DNA of 64,000 nucleotides from Felis catus (GCF_018350175.1 NC_058368.1:191706001-191770000), one strand, 5' to 3'; counted from the stretch's first letter, positions 11,386-23,820 are shown. Numbers and translations are program-made. Notes: generated by a model from the letters alone, not told the origin.

Positions 11386-12934
11386 CATAGCTATCAGGTA
11401 GTAGATTTTAACTTCATGCCAATCTAGGCCTTTTTCATCGGAAAAATGACTTTTGAACCGGAAGAAAAATCGTCCCCAGGAGGCCAATTTCCGTGACGCC
11501 ATAAAGATAAATAATATCACCTCAACGGTTTTCAACTTAATTTCACTGGTTAATTTCCAAGAAGGAATGCTCACAGGTTTTGAAAGAATAGGATTTGAAA
11601 TTCAGTCTGTGAAAACTAAATTGACTTGGGTGTTCTGTTGCTTAGAGACAGGACTCGAATAAGGAACCACCGTTGGGGCATTGGCCATGGTACGATAGCC
11701 ACTTGGGATTACTAATGACTTAAAAATGTGCCCCACCTCAAACCACCATCTGATGGCTGCAGTCTGCCTTAGTTGGGCACTCAGGCTAGGCCTGACTGCT
11801 TCTAGGTCATCACGAACACATGGGGACTGCTGTATCGGAGGAGAAGCAGATTGAAAACTGAGGACGAGGTCAGGAAACCCAATCTGTACCCACACCAGCA
11901 CCCTGCGTTCTGTTCTCACAAAGGAGCAAGGGAGTGAGGGACATCCTGTGGCAAAGTAAACTTCCACTCTCCCCACTGAACTCAGTGAGAGACAGTCAGG
12001 AGCTGAGCAGCGATCGGAAACTTCCCTCTTAATAGCGTGAAACGGAAAGGATTTTGATTTCATAGCCAAGAGTTGTTAGTTCCCCAAATTAAACTGAATA
12101 CTCACAAAGTGTGGCAGAATCAAAGGGAGTGGCACCAGGGGGAGAACCCCAGAGGAGAGCACCCAATGTTAGATAGAGCTATCAGATAATGAAAATACAA
12201 AGATGATGCCCTGTCTTAAATCTAATATATGAGAACATTGCCGTGTATGCAATTCTTTGTCTCGTTGCTTGCTAAAAGTAGCTTTTTTTTCTCCAAACAT
12301 GATTTTAGTTTTAATATATGTAGGTAGGCATCGACATAAAGCATATGGTTATGTGTTAAACAGTGGAGTAGGGGTTCCTGATTTATGGAGCGTGGATTTG
12401 GAGGGCAGATGCAGAGTTCTTTGAAAAGAATAGCATTTATTAGTGGCCTTCTCAACTGATAGTGACAGATTCCCGCAGCTTGAAAAGCAAGAAAAACCAG
12501 CCTGAAATTGTATAGGGTCGTAGGATAGCACTGGAAGAAACAAATGTACAGAAAGAACTCTCCTAGTGATTAATACCTAACTGTTAAAGTATTTGCCGTC
12601 ATGCAAAATCCATGAAGTATGCTGTCTTATTCAACCTTTACAACACATTCATGAAATACTTTGTTTTCAGCCCATTTTATAGCTAAAGGAATGGAGTCAC
12701 ACAGAAGCTTGCCCACGTGTACACACCTGAAAAAGAACAGAATGTGCCAAATCACAAAATTAGTAAAACAAACGTCCCACTCATGAAGTAAAGCTATGGT
12801 GCCTATGCTTGGCCCTGGCAAAGAGTAGCCTCTTGTCTCATAGCAGATAAGGATCAATTCCCAAACCTGAGGAGAGAAATGCTAAAATGATAGAGCACAG
12901 GTGAGCAGAGGCCCCTGTGGAAAATGGCTGTTTA

Positions 12935-13160
12935 GGGGCGCCTGGGTGGCACAGTCGGTTAAGCGTCCGACTTCAGCCAGGTCACGATCTTGCGGTCCGT
13001 GAGTTCGAGCCCCGCGTCGGGCTCTGGGCTGATGGCTCAGAGCCTGGAGCCTGTTTCCGATTCTGTGTCTCCCTCTCTCTCTGCCCCTCGCCCGTTCATG
13101 CTCTGTCTCTCTCTGTCCCAAAAATAAATAAAAAACATTGAAAAAAAAATTTTTTTTAAA
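12935..13160 (+). mobile_element. Young SINEC_Fc-type SINE
   Basis: Near-consensus CpG-rich body; perfect TSD GAAAATGGCTGTTTA (12920-12934/13161-13175). Confidence 0.96.
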
Positions 13161-13189
13161 GAAAATGGCTGTTTATACACAGGCAATCT

Positions 13190-13414
13190 TTAAAAAAATA
13201 TTTTTTTAAACATTTATTTATTTTTGAGAGACAAAAAGAGACAGAGCGTGAGTGGGAGAGGGGCAGAGAGAGGGAGACACAGAACCAGAAGAAACAGGCT
13301 CCAGGTTCTGAGCTGTCAGCACAGAGCCCGATGCAGGGCTCGAGTCCACAGACCATGAGATGGTGACCTGAGCTGAAGTCCACGGCCCAACCTACTGAGC
13401 CACCCAGGCGCTCC
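13190..13414 (-). mobile_element. Can-SINE
   Basis: Reverse body; TSD TATACACAGGCAAT (from 13174 and 13415). Confidence 0.93.
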
Positions 13415-15515
13415 TATACACAGGCAATGTTCACATCTGTAGAGCACTTCCTGCCAGGTGAGGTATTTCCCATAAAGGATCTCATTTAATCCCCACAACA
13501 TTGTGAAGGGCACAGCAGGGCCTGAGTTGATCATTATTGCTATTTCACAGAAAAGGCAATGAGGTTCAAAGTTGTCAAAAACCTTGCCGTAATTCCCACA
13601 ACCAGACTGGGAAACTACCACTAGAGCCCTTGTTTTCTGGCTCCAGTTTCTGGTTTCCAGTTTTAATTCTTCTTCCTCCCTAGGGGGGGAGGGGGGGTGA
13701 ACTGGGTGACAAAAATGTAACTTTATAAACCTTCACCAAGATTCCCTGGACTAGACTATTTTGATTTAACGATCATGACAAAAATAACATCAGCAGAGGC
13801 ATTTATTGAAGACTGTTGCCAGATACTATGCTAAATATCTTACGTATATCCCCTCCTGAACCCTCTTCACATAAGCCTATGAAGTAGGAACTATTATTAT
13901 ACCCATTTCACAGTGGAGGAAACTGAGTTAAAGTGATGGTTAGTGGACCACAGCCCAGGCCTGACTTCCTCCAGGGCCCCAGCGTTAATGAGATATACTG
14001 CCTCCTGCTGTAGATTGAGTTTCTTAGATTAAGGTGGAACACCTCCAACTTGATGAGATTTGGAATTGTAACAAAGAGGCTGCAACACGACCCCTCGTTG
14101 TGAATGTACAGATCAAACTTCTACATCACCACTAACGCGAATCCATTGTCATAGCAACAGACACATCAGATGTTCCAGCTCGAGCACACAGAGGCTACAT
14201 TCTCAAATGATCCACAAGAGCATTTGCCTGAACTCAGTGTCATCATTCCAGATTTCGTGTGAATTTTTTTTTAAATTCCATTTGCTCCTCCTTTTAAACA
14301 GAAAGCCCAAGAAGCAGAGAAGGCGCTCATGAGAGAAATTAAGACACAAAGCCACTCAGTATAAGAGATCCAGGGGAAAAGAAAGTTTTGCAACATGTGG
14401 GGCCATTTTCCTGATATGGAAACCTTTCATCTTTGTATCTTTTCACCACCTACTACTAAATTCTACCCTGATTTCCAGTCAGTCCGACAGTAGAGAATTC
14501 CAAATTTCCTGTAAGAAACAAGAGTTCTGTTCCAATTTAATTTTCTCCAGGTGAACTCATTTTACCTGCTGAATCTATAAGCTACTGGTAAAAAAATATA
14601 TTACCCATGGGACATGCTTAAGTAAAATAATTATTCATAGGTTATCTAAAATTCTAACTTAATTTGGCACCTAGTATTTTTATTTGCTGAGTGTGACAAC
14701 CCAATTTGGAACCAGACTAAACAAATTTCAACTTCTAGGTCTACCATCTACCAGCTGTGTCCTCAGGTCAGTTATTACAAACCTGTACATGAACATGTCC
14801 AGTTACCTAAACATATCCACCTTCTCATCTGTAAAATGCAGTTAATGTTCATATCTACTTCATAAGTTCGTGCTGAGGATTAAAAATTTTAATTCTGGAA
14901 CTGATAACAAGCACTCGATTTATGTTTGTTACTTATTGCTACTACTATTATTACCCGTTCATCTTTAGAACCACCACATTCCTCCTAAGAATGATAAAAA
15001 AGTACCAAACTTCTTTCCAGAAACCCAAATGATGTGATGAGTCAATGACACTTGACTAATGATAAATAGCAATTAACTAAATTCAACTCCGTAAACATTA
15101 ATTTCCTAAGATATGCAAGGCACAGAGCTAAGAGCCAGAAGAAGTACAAAAATCATAAGCTGTCAGAGAGAAAAGGAAACTTACAAGGAAACTTACAGTG
15201 CCCCTCACTTTACAGAGGAAGAAACGAGTCAGCGCAGGTGGCCTGATCTACCCAGCACCATGAGGCAAAATGGTGACAGACCAGGACCAGAAGCCATCTT
15301 CGTGACTCTGAATCCATAGCACTTTTTATTCATCTTCCTTGTCTGCTTGTGCAGAGAAAGCCCCTGTCATCTGAAGCATACACTTGGGTAGTGAAATATC
15401 AAACAGATATAACCACTATTTTGTTGTTTGTTTTTGTTTGTTTTGCCAGGGGCCCATTAAAGTAGAGTCAATTTCATCTAATAATTTGATCCTCACAAAA
15501 ATATTTTGAGTTAAG

Positions 15516-15516
<1 letters not shown>

Positions 15517-15560
<44 letters not shown>
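15517..15560. repeat. (GAAA)11 microsatellite
   Basis: Read directly. Confidence 0.97.
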
Positions 15561-15562
<2 letters not shown>

Positions 15563-16100
15563 GCATTAAACGTATCTTTCATTATCCTTAGGAAAACAGA
15601 ATCCCCTAGAAGTCAATTGATTGACATAAGATTTTAAGGGAGTTCAAGTCAGAGTTTAAAGTAGATGCTAGAACTCCTGGCTTCTTCCACTGAAGCTGGC
15701 TGCCCCTACCCAAGAAACAGAATTGAAACATTGTGTGAAGCAAAGTGAGCCAAGCAGGTGTTTCTTAATAAAGACATCTTGACACAAAACTGCAAAGAAA
15801 ATTAGAGTGAGCCTGGAGACCAAGCAGAGGGAAATAACCAAAATTAGCCAAAATTCAGAAAAGCCCCTTCACTACAAGTGAACAACCTGCCTGCCTAGAT
15901 GACCCAAAAGAAATTCCAGACTGATACCAAAAACCAGGACAATGGAGCAACCAGAGCTCGTACTTACAAATTTCAGAGATATGGACCAAGGTTGTGCTTG
16001 AGGACATAGCAAACCAGTGGTCCAGATGGGCTTGAGCCCAAGTCTTCTGAAATTCAGTTTGCTTTCCACGAAGCCACACTGTCCCTTTGTCCCCTTCTCA

Positions 16101-16172
16101 CAACCGTGAGATCATGTCCTGAGCCAAAATCATGAGTCGAATGCTTAACCAACTGAGCCACCCAAGTTCCCC
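16101..16172 (-). mobile_element. Can-SINE 5' fragment only
   Basis: GTGAGATCATGTCCTGAGCCAAAATCATGAGTCGAATGCTTAACCAACTGAGCCACCCAAGTTCCCC; CT tract and tail absent. Confidence 0.8.
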
Positions 16173-16269
16173 ATGATCCATTATCTTCCATTCTGTTTTA
16201 TTCCATCCTGGCCTAGTCTCTTCCCATATCTCAACTGATTAATTCCTCCTGCATATTTGTAAATCATAT

Positions 16270-16830
16270 CTGCTATTTTAGCCGTTCTAGCTGTACCATT
16301 CAGTGGCACTGAATACATTCACAGTGTTGTGCAAGTATCACCAACATCCATCTGCAGAACTTCTCTGTCATCCCAAACAGAAACTAAATTCATTAAACAA
16401 AACACCCTATTCTCCCCTTCCACCCCTGCCCCCCCTGCCCCAACCATCATTCTACTTTCTGTCTCTTTGAATTTGCCTTTTCTGGGTATCTGACATAAGT
16501 GGAATTACATGACATTTGTCTTTTTGTGTCTGGCTTATTTCACTTAGCATAATGTTTTCAAGATTCATCTATGTTGTAGCATGTACCAGAATTTCATTCC
16601 CTTTTAAGGCTGAAAAATGTTCCATTGTATGTGTGTACCACATTTTGGTTGTTCATCCCTTCACTGATGGACACTTAGGTTGTTTTCTGTCTTTTGTCTG
16701 TTATGAATAATGGTGGTAACGAGTGCACAAATATTTCTGAGACCTTGCTTTCAGTTCTTTGGTGTCTATACCTAGAAATGGAATTGCTGGATCATATGGT
16801 CATTCTGTGTTCAACTTTTTCAGAAACGAC
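16270..16830 (-). mobile_element. Ancient L1MB-like 3' fragment
   Basis: CTGGCTTATTTCACTTAGCATAATGTTTTCAAGATTCATC; ATACCTAGAAATGGAATTGCTGGATCATATGG. Confidence 0.85.
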
Positions 16831-17092
16831 CTTTTGTATATTTTTAAAACAGATTTAAGCAATGAGACTTTACTTGTAGAAGCTCAAGAACTAAGCTTAA
16901 TTATTCTTGGATTCTCAAAACTAATTACTGACTGAGCAATGCTACATGCCAGGATTGTAGGAGGTACTGGGAATTCAGCGTTGAGCAAATACAGACATAG
17001 TTATAGTTCCTAACCTCATAGAGTTTTCAGTTTGGTTGGGAATCAGACATAAAACAAATATATGCACAATGATTTTATTCATAAGTGGGAAT

Positions 17093-18722
17093 ATAACTCA
17101 ACTACAAAAAATCACAAATAAATAATCTGATTTAAAAAATTTACAAAAGATCTAAATAGACGTTTTCCCAAAGAAAAAGCAAATGGCCAAGAGGTGTATG
17201 GAAAGGAGTTCAGTATCACTAATCAACAGAGAGTTGCAATTTGAAACCATACCTCATACCTATTATAATGGCTGTTATCAAAAAGACAAAAGATAATCTG
17301 CATGTCCATTGATGGATGAATGCATAAAAAAGTATTGTGTACACACACACACGCATGCACATACACACACAATGGTATATTAATCATAAAAAAATGAATT
17401 TTTGCCATTTGTAACAACAGGGATGGACCTTGAGGGCATTATGCTAAGTGAATTAAGTCAGATAGAGAATAAGTACCATATGATCTCTCTTCTATGTGAA
17501 ATCTAAAAATAAAGGCTCATAAATGCAGAGAACATATTAGAAGTTGCCAGAGGCAGGGGGTGGGTAGTGGGAGAAAAGGGTGAAGGGATTCAAAAGGTAA
17601 AAAATAGTAATAACTGAAGTAAATTAAAGTTTTAAAAAAGACAAAGGATAACACGTATTGGTGAGGGTATGGAAAAAGGGGAACCCTGGTACATGGTTAG
17701 TAAAAATGTAAATTGGTAAAGCCACTATGGAAAACAGCATAAAGGGTCCTCAAAAATTAAAAATAGAAATACCACATAAGCCAACAATCTCACTTCTGTA
17801 TACATAGCTGAAGGAAATGAAATCAGGATCTCAAAGAGAGATCTGTACCATGTTCAATGCAGTATTATTCACAATTGCTAAGATATAGAAACAACTTAAG
17901 TGTCACCAACAGATAAAGAGATAAAGAGGAGGTGATATACACCCACCTCCCCCCCCCCACACACACAGAGAAGTATTATTCAGCCATAAAAAAAGAAGAA
18001 ATCCTGACATGTGCAACAACATGGGTGGACTTTGAGGGCATTATGCTAAGTGAAATAAGTCAGACAAAGGCAAAATGGGTGAAGGGAAGTGGAAGGTACA
18101 GGCTTATAATTATGAAAAGAACATATCATGGGGTTAAAAGGTACAGTATAGGGAATATAGCTAATGGTATTGTAATAGCATTGTGTGCTACATTTGTGGT
18201 GAGCATAGCATAATGTATAGAGTTGTTGAATCACTAGGTTCTATACCTGAAATAATATAACATTGGGTGCCAACTATACTTCAATTTAAAGAACTAGAAA
18301 AAAAAAGAAAGACAAATATTATATGATCTCACTTATATGAGGAATCTTAAAAAAAAAAAAAAAAAGATGAACTCATAGCAATAAAGAGTAGAATGGTTGT
18401 TTCCAGGGGCGAGGGGGTATAAGAAATGGGGAGATGTTGGTCAAAGCAAACTTGAGTTCTAAGATGAATAAGGTATGGGGATCTAACATACAGCATGGCA
18501 ATAATAGTTAACATAACTACATTATATACTCAAAAGTTGGTATGAATAGATCTGAAATGTTCTCATTACAAAGAAAATAGTAATTATGTGAGGTGATGGA
18601 GGCATAAATAACTTTACTGCGGTAATCATTTCTCAATATATATATGTATCAGATCATCACATTGTACACCTAAAACTTACACAGTATATGCCAATTATAC
18701 CTTGGTAAAAGCTTGAAAAAAA
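17093..18722 (+). mobile_element. L1MA-type 3' fragment with two nested L1 3' fragments (about 17297-17633 and 18077-18305)
   Basis: ORF2 C-terminal and 3'UTR motifs (GAGGGCATTATGCTAAGTGAA twice); degenerate TSDs TCATAAGT(GG/A)GAATA and AAAAGACAAARGATAA. Confidence 0.8.
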
Positions 18723-18820
18723 TACTCATAAGTAGAATAACTGATATGGAGACCTAAAGAGTTCAGGTGAAGTTCCTGAGGAAATGATGTTTAAGCTGAG
18801 ATCTGAAGAATAACAAAAAG

Positions 18821-19035
18821 CAGTGGTAAGCAAGCTATTGTACGCAGGTAAATCCAGACAAGCATCTACTTTTATAAATCAAGTTTTACTGAAACACAAC
18901 CATGTGAATGTGTTTACATGATACCTACAGCTATTTTCATGATACGATGGCAGAAATGAGTAGTTGTGATAGAGTATATTGGTCACAAAGCCTAAAATAT
19001 TTGTAATCTGGTCCTTTACAGAAAGTCTACTGAGA
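18821..19035 (+). mobile_element. MER58A MITE
   Basis: AAGTTTTACTGAAACACAACCA...CACAAAGCCTAAAATATTT...CTGGTCCTTTACAGAAAG. Confidence 0.75.
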
Positions 19036-19153
19036 ACTGACCAAAAGTCACTGAAGACAGGGGATTGAGTGGGTGGAAGTTACCACAGGAAGGATACAGT
19101 ATATGTACTGTCTCTGAGAAGTGAGAGCACGCAGGAAAAAAACTTTGAGTGGT

Positions 19154-19612
19154 TGCCTTAGTCGTTAGGGCAGCTGTCACAAATTATCATATATTTGGTG
19201 GTTTAAGGCACCAGAAATTTATTCTCTCACAGTTCTGGAAGTTACAAGTCTGCGATACTTAACATCAATACAGCTCTCAGCAGGACTGGTTCCTTCTGGA
19301 GGTTCTGAGAGAGAATCCATTCACTCCTTCCTTGCTTCTGTTGGGAACTATTGGCATTCTTTCGTGTGTAGATACATCATTCCAATTTCTGCCTCCATCT
19401 TTACATGGCTTCCTCCTCTTGTGTTTCTGAATCTTCTCCTCTTCTATTTCTTATAAGGGCATCTATCATTGAGTTTAGGGTCCACCCTAATCCAGGATAA
19501 TTTTATCTGAAGATCTTTACTCTGTTTACAAAGTCCCTTAGTTCAATTAAGCCCACTTTCTGAAGTTCCATGTGAACATACATCCTGGCGAGTCCCAATT
19601 CAAAAAACTACT
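19154..19612 (-). mobile_element. MLT1B/C-like MaLR LTR
   Basis: CAGAAATTTATTCTCTCACAGTTCTGGA; TTTAGGGTCCACCCTAATCCAGGAT. Confidence 0.8.
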
Positions 19613-19814
19613 GTAGTCAAAGAACTCACGAAGGCCAGTATGATAGAAAATAGGATGAGAAATGAAGAATGTCAGGAGATGAGCCTTGAGAGACTGAGAG
19701 GGATCAACGCTTAGTGGCCCTTGAAGGACATACTAATGATAGAGGAGATTCCTCTAGCCCTTTTAGGGGAGTTGGACGTGGGGAAGGATATTGTCATGCA
19801 ATCTGACACAAATT

Positions 19815-19943
19815 GAAAAGAAAAGAAAGAAAAGAAAAGAAAAGAAAGGAAAGGAAAGGAAAGGAAAGGAAAGGAAAGGAAAGGAAAGGAAAGGAAAGGA
19901 AAGGAAAGAAAAGGAAAGGAAAGGAAAGGAAAAGAAAAGAGAA
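19815..19943. repeat. (GAAAA)n/(GGAAA)n pentanucleotide polypurine tract
   Basis: Read directly. Confidence 0.97.
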
Positions 19944-21897
19944 ATGAACATGTAAAAGATTGTGTTTTACAAGATTGGATCAGCCCAAAAGGCACTCCAG
20001 AAATACTTTTTGTCATGCTTTCTTCCAAATGGAATCCCCTCTCCCTCATGTCAGATTAGTAAGTACCAAAAATGCTTGACAGAAAAATTAATATTAATGA
20101 TAAGATTCTTTCTTGGATTAAAACCTACAAGGTTTTTAAACACAATATGAGTAGTGTGGACACTATTTTTACCTAGTAATTCACATTGTCTTTTTTTTTT
20201 TTTTAAAGATTCATTTATCAAAGACTGAATCACTTAGACAAGTATTCTCAGGCTTTTAGTCCTCTCTGGGACTGAGGCCATGTGACTCTCCCTCTAAACT
20301 CTGCCCATCTCATTCATTACAGCCAAGGATGATTCTTGAAGGAAGGTCTTTAAACAGGTTACATCCCATGCTCAGAGCACCACACAGGTCTCAGCCATTG
20401 CTAATTCAACTTGACCTTGTCCCTGAGTTTGGGAACTCAGCAACTTCATTCATTTCCCAGGCCCTGCAGGCTCCTTGAAATGTAGTTCTGGTCCAGGAGT
20501 CCTGCCTTGCTCCCAGAGAATGAAGTTCTGAGTTGATAATATTTTTTTTGTATACTATACCCTCAATCCTAGAGTCATGCTTTGGTCCTATCAGTCATCC
20601 ATGCAGAGCTTGCCCTTAACTTTGTGATTGTTGCTGAGATGCCAGTAACTGATCAACTTCTATAGCAACTATAAATGGTAGACCACAAGACAGGAGACAG
20701 GAAATGTAACTATGTTTTTCTTACATTGAATTTAATTACCATTCTGAGATGTCCTTCTTTGCAGTAGAAACTGAACTCACCCAATGCAGAATGTCCCCAC
20801 CCCTCTTTTTCCCCAGGGTTACATGGGGCCATGGTGTAAGTGGGAGGAAGCTGATAAGGGCCATTGTCATCCATCCATGTTGGCATCCTCTCAGATAACT
20901 TCATTCCAATCTAGTCTCATTGAGATCACTGCTGTACCCTCCTTTCCCAACCCCAGGGCTTCTGCAGGTCTGGCTCTGCAGGTCTGTGGTTTACAGGAGT
21001 GACTAAACTATTGTGGGCCACACTGAGGTTTAGGAAGCCTGCTGGTTCTACCTAGATATTTTATGTAGTCATTTCTGCTCCATTTTTCCTGTACCATTCC
21101 AGGTGCAAGGGAATTCTGGGATCTTACCTACTCCCTGTGGTTTATCCAGGGATGGAGGAGTACATTCCTGTTTTCAGACTCCTTAGATCTTTCTGGGGAT
21201 GTTCTCTTTACCTCCAGCCCAAAACTCAGAAAAGGGGAAGAGAATAGGTAACTCTCCTCAAGGACCCTCCTAGGACCACTCTGATCCTTCTTTCTCTTCT
21301 TCTAGTCAAACATCCTTTTGATTTCATGTCACAAACAAGGAAACTGGACACAACCAACTATATTTTCCTAAGTCTTTTTATCTTATACTTACTTGAACCT
21401 TAGCTTTTGAAACTCCAAAGTTAGAAATTTTATTCCTTTATTTTTTGGTTATGGCTGCTTCACCCCTTTCTTTGAGGGCAGGAGTTACAGAATATTCTAG
21501 CTGCTCTATAAATGGAAGGATTATAAAATATGAGAAAGTAAAGGGAGAAAAACATAGGTTAATAAATCAAAATAGTAACCTGATACTCTTCCCTTATGAC
21601 AACTGCCTTTGGACTACATCAAAATTCATCGTGTTCAAGTTCTCCTAGCCTGGTCGAGTCCCACATTAACTGGCAGTGTCTCTTCTAGGACCCAGGTGAT
21701 TACTGACACTCACCACAAATGAAAACCAGTCTGCATTGTTCCTTCTGTCATCCATTCTTGCACTGTTTTGGTCTCTACTCCTTTGATGCATGTATATTGA
21801 GCCCCATTGATATGTCAGGCACTGTGCATTGCACGTGGGACACAGAGATTATCCTGAACCACAAGGATGATTTCATGAAGGAGCTCTCTGTGTAGGA

Positions 21898-22104
21898 CAG
21901 GGCTACTCAGTCTTGACAATAATGAGATTTGGGGTCGATAACTGTGATAGAGAGCTGTCCTTTGCATTGTAGGACTTTTAGCAGCATCCCAGCCTCTACC
22001 CACTAAGTGGCAGTAGCAGTCCCCCAGTGTGACAACCAAAAATGTCTGAAGATGTTTTCAAAGTTCCCTTGTGGGAAAAACTTGCCCCAGGTTGAGAATC
22101 AGTG
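21898..22104 (-). mobile_element. MER20 MITE
   Basis: TGCATTGTAGGACTTTTAGCAGCATCCCAGCCTCTACCCACTA...GTGACAACCAAAAATGTCT...GGTTGAGAATCAGTG. Confidence 0.85.
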
Positions 22105-22429
22105 CTCTAGCAGAAGAAACAGGCACATAAATATCATTATAATGCAATGAGGTCAATGCATGGATAGAGACATACACAAGTTAGTACGGAATCCTAGAAA
22201 GGGCATCTAACCCACCTGGGGGTGAAGTGGGATAGTGGTACCTGAGAACATAATGCTCTTCTAATGTTCTAAACCATAGCCCATATTGCTGTTCCACATT
22301 TCTGCTCTGTCATTCACTACTTCCTTATTCATTCAATAAATATTTCTGAGAACTGACTTCAGGAGCTAGACATTGGAATACAGAAATTAATAAGGCATGG
22401 CTTCTGTGTGCAGAGAGGCCATATGTTAT

Positions 22430-22665
22430 TACAGGTAAGACCATGGGCTCTGGTGTCAGACTGCTTGATTTCAGACTCTCACTCTACCACTTACCATCTC
22501 TGTGATGTTGGATACATTACTTAACCTCTCTGATCTGCAGTTTCTAATTCTGAAAAATAAGGAAAATAATGGCAACTACCTCTTAGAGTTAATGAGATTA
22601 AATGAGATAATTCTTATAAATCTCTTAGCATCTGGCCTGACAGATGGAAGGCATGGAATAAATGG
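22430..22665 (+). mobile_element. MIR
   Basis: GGCTCTGGTGTCAGACTGC...TTACTTAACCTCTCTGATCTGCAGTTTC...GAGATTAAATGAGATAAT. Confidence 0.8.
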
Positions 22666-22739
22666 CAGGTTTTTTTTTTTTTTTTTTTATCAGTGGTCAT
22701 CCAAGTTATATATTATTGTGGGAAAGCCTTGTTTCAAGC

Positions 22740-22955
22740 CGTGGCCTCTCATCAACGCCAGTGCAGTTAATTGGATTATGTTTGGTCATGTCCTGAGATG
22801 TGACAAACAGAGACGCACTATCTTGTCCATCACTGGATTTCTATTAAAATGTCATTAAGATTAAAAGTACTATAAAATCTTAATTAGGACATTAATTTCC
22901 ACCATAATAAATTAAAATTTCCAGGTCAGCTACAGTAGCTATAATAAACAAATAG
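22740..22955. other. Ancient conserved repeat/CNE, MER121-like (tentative)
   Basis: GTGACAAACAGAGACGCACTATCTTGTCCATCACTGGATTTCTATTA followed by an imperfect palindrome; family resemblance is from memory only. Confidence 0.4.
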
Positions 22956-23152
22956 GAAAAAAAAGAAGAAGAAAAAAAACTCTAAAAAATAAACCTTAGA
23001 TTTCAGATTTTAACCTTATTTCTCCATTGATATTTTCAGTCAAAATTTGTTTTTCTTCAAATTTAATACACAAACATTAGTGTGGAGACTCTATCTTCTT
23101 CTAGGCTTTGGACAATTCCTAGAGCATGTCTGAGCATAACAATTACCCAGCA

Positions 23153-23318
23153 AAGAGAAGCTTGGGGATGGTTTAATAACAGTCTTCAAATATATGAAAA
23201 GTTATTACACGGAACATGATGACCAGCTGTTCCCTACTTCCACAGAGAACCAAGAAAAATAAATAGGATGAAAATTACAGGGGCTGACAATTTGAGGTAG
23301 ATTCACTGAAGAACTTTG
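23153..23318 (+). mobile_element. L3/CR1 LINE 3' relic
   Basis: TTAATAACAGTCTTCAAATATATGAA...GATGACCAGCTGTTC...TTTGAGGTAGA...GAAGAACTTT resembles the CR1 ORF2 end. Confidence 0.7.
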
Positions 23319-23594
23319 TAGAGTATAAATCCACTGCAAAAAAAAAAAAAGAAAAGAAAAAGAAAAAAGGGGATTTGAAAATATGGTATAGCAAAAAGAG
23401 GACAAAGATCCAGATGATGTAGCCTCCTGTGCCAACTTGAAACCCATGATTTCCTGCAAGCCACTGACCCTCTACGTCTGTTTTCAAATCTGCAAAATCT
23501 TCCACACATTCCTCATTTATACGGTGGGGTCATAATATCACCAGAATTTTCCTGGGACTCAACAGCTGTGGATACAAGTAGGTCACTTGTAGAG

Positions 23595-23820
23595 CAGTGG
23601 TTCTCAGCTGGGGGTGATTTTGCCTCCCACAGGACATTCGGCAATGACTGGAGACATTTTTACTTGTAACAACTGAAGGAGACAAGAGGCTACTGGACTC
23701 TAGTGAACAGAGGTCAGTGATGCTACTGAATGTTCTACAATGCACAGGCTATCCTCCCCACCCGACAACAAAGAATCATTTGGTTCAGCATGTGGACAGT
23801 GCCAAGGTTGAGAAACTCTG
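23595..23820 (+). mobile_element. MER20 MITE
   Basis: CAGTGGTTCTCAGCTGGGGGTGATTTTGCCTCCC...GTGCCAAGGTTGAGAAACTCTG. Confidence 0.88.

Noticed and set aside
11020..11574. 184-aa ORF on the minus strand
   Set aside because: Mostly a degraded L1 ORF2 C-terminus (DEWINKLW) running into unique DNA; not a gene
12882..13121. Recurring MGQRETEHERGRGRERGRHRIGNRLQ ORFs (also near 43k, 48k, 49.7k and 58k)
   Set aside because: Antisense translation of SINEC_Fc, not a protein family
19711..20049. ORFs with FPFLS repeats (also 33360-33794)
   Set aside because: Translation of pentanucleotide microsatellites
21898..23820. Oppositely oriented MER20 pair as a composite transposon
   Set aside because: Old diverged copies, each complete; no shared TSD and no transposase between them
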